Shown: one piece after another, positions 54,392-58,917 of the stretch | Layout of the letters: each line of letters opens with the position of its first letter | Numbering within the stretch: the first letter of the stretch is position 1 | Assembly (NCBI GenBank): GCA_023137195.1 | Contig: JAGLPV010000012.1 | Location: forward strand, 1-58,917 | Direction: 5' to 3' | Length of the DNA: 58,917 bases | Source of the DNA: Candidatus Aenigmatarchaeota archaeon | GTDB taxonomy: Archaea; EX4484-52 | The notes under the pieces: model-generated | Database searches by the model: none | Told to the model about the DNA's origin: nothing | Seen by the model: only the letters and a program-made list of their open reading frames with translations | Program-made: the position numbers and the translations under genes

Positions 54392-55219
54392 ATGGATTCT
54401 AACAATGCATTAGTAGTATTTGAAGACAAAAAAATAAGACGAATATGGCACAACGACGAGTGGTATTTTTCAGTAGTAGATATGATTGCTATTTTAACAG
54501 ACAGTCCAAATCCAAATAATTACTGGAAAGTTCTGAAACATAGAGAAAACCAGTTAGTTACAATTTGTAACCAACTGAAACTGCAATCATCAGATGGCAA
54601 ATATTACAACACAGACTGCGCAACCACAGAAAACGCATTTAGATTAATCCAGTCAATTCCTTCCCCTAAAGCAGAACCCTTCAAACGATGGCTCGCAAAA
54701 GTCGGCTACGATAGAGTAAAAGAAATTCAAGACCCAGAACTTGCCCAAAAACGTATGAAAGAAATCTATAAACAAAAAGGCTATTCTGACAGCTGGGTAG
54801 AAAAGAGAGTCAGGGGCATTGCAATAAGAGATGAACTTACAGACGAGTGGGACAATAGAGGAATTGAAAGAGGAAAAGAATACTCTATTCTGACCGCTGA
54901 AATCTCCAAGGCAACATTCGGTATGACCCCTAAAGAATATAAAAATTACAAGGGATTAAAGAAAGAAAACCTAAGAGACCATATGACTGATTTAGAACTC
55001 ATTTTTACAATGCTTGGCGAAGCATCCACAACAAAAATTGCCAGAAGCAAAGAAGCAATAGGATTTATTGAAAACAAAAATGCTGCAAAAGAAGGTGGAA
55101 ATGTAGCAGGAATCGCCAGAAAAGAACTGGAAAACCGGATTGAAGACAAAGTCAGCACCCATGAAAATTATCTAGAAAAACCAGAGAGCATCAAAAGACT
55201 CGAGAAAAAGGAAGAATAA
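54392..55219 (+). CDS. Bro-N domain protein (phage antirepressor-like)
   Basis: FEDKKIRRIWHNDEWYFSVVD, RLIQSIPSPKAEPFKRWLA, ENLRDHMTDLELIF. Confidence 0.9.
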   Translation: MDSNNALVVFEDKKIRRIWHNDEWYFSVVDMIAILTDSPNPNNYWKVLKHRENQLVTICNQLKLQSSDGKYYNTDCATTENAFRLIQSIPSPKAEPFKRWLAKVGYDRVKEIQDPELAQKRMKEIYKQKGYSDSWVEKRVRGIAIRDELTDEWDNRGIERGKEYSILTAEISKATFGMTPKEYKNYKGLKKENLRDHMTDLELIFTMLGEASTTKIARSKEAIGFIENKNAAKEGGNVAGIARKELENRIEDKVSTHENYLEKPESIKRLEKKEE

Positions 55220-55375
55220 CTCCTTTTTGTATAATCCACAAGATTCTTATGATTACACAAGATAACTTAGTTAGTGAATTCCTCTTTAAATCTCGTGGAA
55301 ATCTGTGGATTAAATCACTTTCCCGTGGGGTATTCAATGAAATTGAATATGCAAAAAAGCCCTGCTTTTTTCGCA

Positions 55376-58006
55376 TCAGTGCTTTCCGTGGATATGATTC
55401 AACGACATCTTCAACACATCAAAAACAACCACGATAGACAAAGATGCAAAAAATGCAAGAAGGATATTGGACAATCCAATAGGCGCAGTCTCAAAGATAA
55501 CATTCATCGGAGCCCAGTACATTATAATCAAACTCATCGCAACAGAAATTACAGAAGCAGTAACCAAATATTTATTGACAAACAATGAACGACCCAATAC
55601 ACTTTTTCTAAAAGACCTGAAATTAAATGCATTTGCTATTGCAAAAAATATCATAGTCATCAATGTAGTTGTCTGCGCCACAGTTTCTGACTGCCCTAGA
55701 ACATTGAGCACATAGTAAAAAACAGATAATGAAACAATGCACATTAAGCTTCCCGCGGTCACAATTATGGTCAATAACTGCTTGTTCAATATCCGTGACT
55801 TTCTTCTTGGTTTCATTTTCATTATGTCACCTGAAGAAAGATTAAAGCTCAGGGCAATTGCAGTAATCTCATCTGAAAAAAGATTCATGAACAATATATG
55901 CATTGCAACCAATGGAAGGGGCATACCTAATACTATTGCAAAAAAAACAAGGAACAACTGGGCAAAATTGATGGAAACCTGGTAAGCCACGCATTTTTGC
56001 AGGTTATTAAAAATAATCCTCCCTTCCTTAATAGCATATACAATAGTTGCAAAATTATCATCCTTTAATATTAAATCCGATGCCTGGCGGGAGACATCTG
56101 TCCCGTTTTTGCCCATTGCAACCCCGATATGCGCTTGCTTTAAGGCAGGGGCATCATTTACACCGTCGCCGGTCATTGTGACAATCTCCCCGTTCTGCCT
56201 GAATGCATTTACTATTCTTAATTTATGCTCCGGGCGGACTCTTGCAAATATTGTGACATCATTTACTCTTTTTGAGAGTTCATAATCTGTAAGCTGTTCT
56301 ATTTCATCGCCTGAAATGACCGTTCCCTCAATTCCTATTTGCTTTGCTATCTGCCTTGCGGTCTCTTTGTTATCTCCTGTAATTATCTTGACTTTTATTC
56401 CTGCCTCTTTGCATAATCTTAATGCATCAGGAACTTCTTCTCTGGGAGGATCATAAATGGCAAGTAACCCAAGTAAGACCATGTTGTTTTCACTGATTGC
56501 CTTTTGATGAGCATCTATTTTTTTATAGCAGACAGCCATGAGTCGGTATCCCTGGTGCGTGAGTTCTTCATTGATGTCAGTAATTTCTTGTTTTTGAACT
56601 TCATCAAACTTTACAGCCCTGCCTGAATTTTGGATGAATTTGCATTTGTCAATCATTATTTCTGAAGCTCCTATTGAATAGACATATCCTTCTTTTCCTT
56701 CCCGGCTCAGCACAGTCCTTCTTTTTCTTTCTGAATTAAATGGAAGTTCTTCTTCAAGAGTGAAGTTTAAGTCTTCCCTGAAAATTCCTGTTTTGGCAGA
56801 CATTATCAACAATGATGCCTCTGTTGGTGTTCCGCTACTTACTTTGTATTCGTCCATCTGGTCTGTGCGCTCAACTCTTGAATCATTGCATATGACAGAT
56901 GCTCTTAGCAGAAAGTTCAGATCCTTGTTTTTGCTGACATCTATTTTGTGGTCATTCTGGTTGGTGTATAAAAAATTCCCTTTAGCAACATATCCTGCTC
57001 CTTCAACATCAATCATTTTGCCGTCCATGTATATTTTCTTTACCGTCATCTCTCCTTTTGTCAGGGTTCCTGTCTTGTCAGAACATATTATTGTGGTCTC
57101 GCCAAGAGTCTCGATTATTGACATTCGGTTTACTATTGCATTTTTATCTGCCATCTTCCATGTGCCTCTTGCAAGTATGGTGATTAATACAACAGGAAGT
57201 CCTTCCGGGAATGCAGACACACACAGGGCAATGACGACAATAAGAATCTCCACCAAAAGTCCATAAGAGAACGGTGCTCTCACAAGCATTATAAAACCTG
57301 TCAATAGTGAAACTGCTATTGCAAAGAAGGTCATGTATTTTACTATGTCGTTTACTTTTTTCTGGAGAGGTAGTTCTTTTTCTGCTGTTGAAATCATGTC
57401 CGCGATTTTTCCGAATTCTGTATTCATGCCGGTATGCAAAACTCGGGCAATGCATCTTCCATTGATAATGTAAGTTCCCATGAAAAGTAAATTATCCTTA
57501 TTTTGGATTTTCTCATCTATTGATGCTGATTTATTTGCTCCTCTTGACTCGCCGGTCAATATAGATTCATTTACAATCAATTCTTTTGCTTCCAGCACAA
57601 GACAATCCGCCGGGATTTTCTCACCTGTCCGCAGGACAATAATGTCTCCTACAGCAATATCTCTTGAATTAATTTCTATCTCTTTGCCATCTCTTATGAC
57701 GAGAGAAAGAGGCATAATCATTTTTTTCAATGCGTTTATTGATTTTTCCGCCCTGTATTCCTGGATAAATCCTGCTACGATAACAACAAATATGACGCCG
57801 AGAATAGCATATCCTGTAATGGATTTGCCGACAAAAAAAGACATCAGGGCGGCGGCGAAGAGCAAATATATAAGGGTGTTTTTTTTTATCTGCCTGAGAA
57901 GAATTTTAAATGCAGAAAATTTGTTGGATTCCCTTAGCTCATTGGGGCCGTATTCTTTTAGCTTTTCTTCAGCCTGTCTAGAGGTAAGACCGGAAAATTT
58001 TTTCAT
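55376..58006 (-). CDS. Cation-transporting P-type ATPase (type II, Ca2+-like)
   Basis: TGES, PEGLP, DKTGTLT, TGDN, TGDGVNDAPALK; multiple TM segments. Confidence 0.95.
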   Translation of the reverse strand: MKKFSGLTSRQAEEKLKEYGPNELRESNKFSAFKILLRQIKKNTLIYLLFAAALMSFFVGKSITGYAILGVIFVVIVAGFIQEYRAEKSINALKKMIMPLSLVIRDGKEIEINSRDIAVGDIIVLRTGEKIPADCLVLEAKELIVNESILTGESRGANKSASIDEKIQNKDNLLFMGTYIINGRCIARVLHTGMNTEFGKIADMISTAEKELPLQKKVNDIVKYMTFFAIAVSLLTGFIMLVRAPFSYGLLVEILIVVIALCVSAFPEGLPVVLITILARGTWKMADKNAIVNRMSIIETLGETTIICSDKTGTLTKGEMTVKKIYMDGKMIDVEGAGYVAKGNFLYTNQNDHKIDVSKNKDLNFLLRASVICNDSRVERTDQMDEYKVSSGTPTEASLLIMSAKTGIFREDLNFTLEEELPFNSERKRRTVLSREGKEGYVYSIGASEIMIDKCKFIQNSGRAVKFDEVQKQEITDINEELTHQGYRLMAVCYKKIDAHQKAISENNMVLLGLLAIYDPPREEVPDALRLCKEAGIKVKIITGDNKETARQIAKQIGIEGTVISGDEIEQLTDYELSKRVNDVTIFARVRPEHKLRIVNAFRQNGEIVTMTGDGVNDAPALKQAHIGVAMGKNGTDVSRQASDLILKDDNFATIVYAIKEGRIIFNNLQKCVAYQVSINFAQLFLVFFAIVLGMPLPLVAMHILFMNLFSDEITAIALSFNLSSGDIMKMKPRRKSRILNKQLLTIIVTAGSLMCIVSLSVFYYVLNVLGQSETVAQTTTLMTMIFFAIANAFNFRSFRKSVLGRSLFVNKYLVTASVISVAMSLIIMYWAPMNVIFETAPIGLSNILLAFFASLSIVVVFDVLKMSLNHIHGKH

Positions 58007-58182
58007 ATATGTATCATAGATATAAGTTTATATAATTTGTTTGGAAATACATAATTCTGTGATACTTTATTTAGATGAGGTACAACCCACATAATAATTT
58101 TTTTGTCATTTCTCAAACAAGACAAAGTTCAACATAATAATTGAGAATAATTCTGCCTGCATCTTGTTTTATCAAATTAATG

Positions 58183-58803
58183 TTATTCAACAGGTTGTCT
58201 AAGAATTGTTTTTAATTTTTCAGAAGCAGTTTTTCGCATATCACTTAAATAAATCTCATGATGCTTTTGAACAAGGCCATCAAAAGAATAACCTTTCTCA
58301 GCTATAAAATCATGAAGTTTTTTTACTGTTTTAGGCTCATTATTATATGAACCTATGTGTAATATTTGAGCAGAAAGACCTTCATTCAATGTTTCAAACT
58401 TTAATTTATCAATTGAAGGCAAATCCTTTTTCTTTTTGACTTCTTCAATTGAAGATTCAAACATAGTTTCAGTAATAAAATCCGGCTGGACAATAAAAAC
58501 TTTCCACAACCATATGTCTTTATTCTCTATTGAGAAATCTTTCATGTCTTCAGTCCACCATAAGCCTTCAAGAGGCATTACTGTATAATCTTTATTCAAT
58601 TCTTTTTTTGAGGTGAACTTGATTTTAAAGGCAACAGGAAAAAGAGCTTCGACAGCGTTCTTAAATTCTAAAGAAGTATTGGGATTTCCTTTTCCTTCAA
58701 TTGAAATGACTTTCTGTTTAGGTACATTTAATATTACGGGAGTTTTATCAGAAACTTTATACAACTCTTTAAAATCCTTTTTTAAGTCAAGTTTATCAAC
58801 CAT
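58183..58803 (-). CDS. GyrI-like small-molecule-binding domain protein
   Basis: PLEGLWW, QILHIGSY, HHEIYLSD, KLKTILRQPV. Confidence 0.88.
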   Translation of the reverse strand: MVDKLDLKKDFKELYKVSDKTPVILNVPKQKVISIEGKGNPNTSLEFKNAVEALFPVAFKIKFTSKKELNKDYTVMPLEGLWWTEDMKDFSIENKDIWLWKVFIVQPDFITETMFESSIEEVKKKKDLPSIDKLKFETLNEGLSAQILHIGSYNNEPKTVKKLHDFIAEKGYSFDGLVQKHHEIYLSDMRKTASEKLKTILRQPVE

Positions 58804-58917
58804 AAACAGATATAGAGATTAATGAAATAAAAACGTTTCTGTTTCTAAAATGCTTGGGCGAAATTTTATTTAACTGTTATGTTTTGTTATTTTGTTCCAC
58901 AGTTATTACCACATTTC

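Noticed and set aside
54068-55219. Prophage inferred from Bro-N genes
   Set aside because: Flanked by housekeeping genes; no other phage functions
1-58917. tRNA, rRNA or other structured ncRNA genes
   Set aside because: Intergenic gaps are short and AT-rich and none was recognised by eye; tRNAscan-SE/Infernal would be needed to exclude them

Overview
AT-rich archaeal chromosomal window. EF-1alpha, topoisomerase VI A/B and TATA boxes about 22 nt upstream of leaderless starts mark it as archaeal; a DPANN-like affiliation is a guess. The left part (about 2.8-37.1 kb) is a co-oriented cluster of five large to giant genes (5326, 2023, 1867, 666 and 1443 aa; about 11,300 aa in total) with no signal peptides or TM helices visible by eye. 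These proteins string together HEAT-like repeats and candidate protein-modifying domains: three protein-kinase-like domains, two GlnD-like nucleotidyltransferases lacking HD/ACT, an HExxH metalloprotease motif, three copies of a Cys-centred domain and TFIIB-type Zn ribbons. The modules are joined by recurrent basic/amphipathic linkers, and the proteins share N- and C-terminal helical motifs. This cluster is the best candidate for an undescribed system. It shares a symmetric bidirectional TATA box with purB, whose 3' end is duplicated around a RelE-type toxin-antitoxin pair, and it converges on an MIT-like AAA ATPase plus a membrane wHTH gene. The right part holds housekeeping and accessory genes: thrC, an ApgM-family mutase, citrate synthase, AEC transporter, DUF711+ACT, an HATPase/STAS pair with palindromic sites, a Lon-like protease, EF-1alpha, HAD hydrolase, HicB, top6B/top6A, Bro-N plus a pseudogene copy, a P-type ATPase and a GyrI-like protein. 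All calls come from reading motifs by eye; no searches were run.
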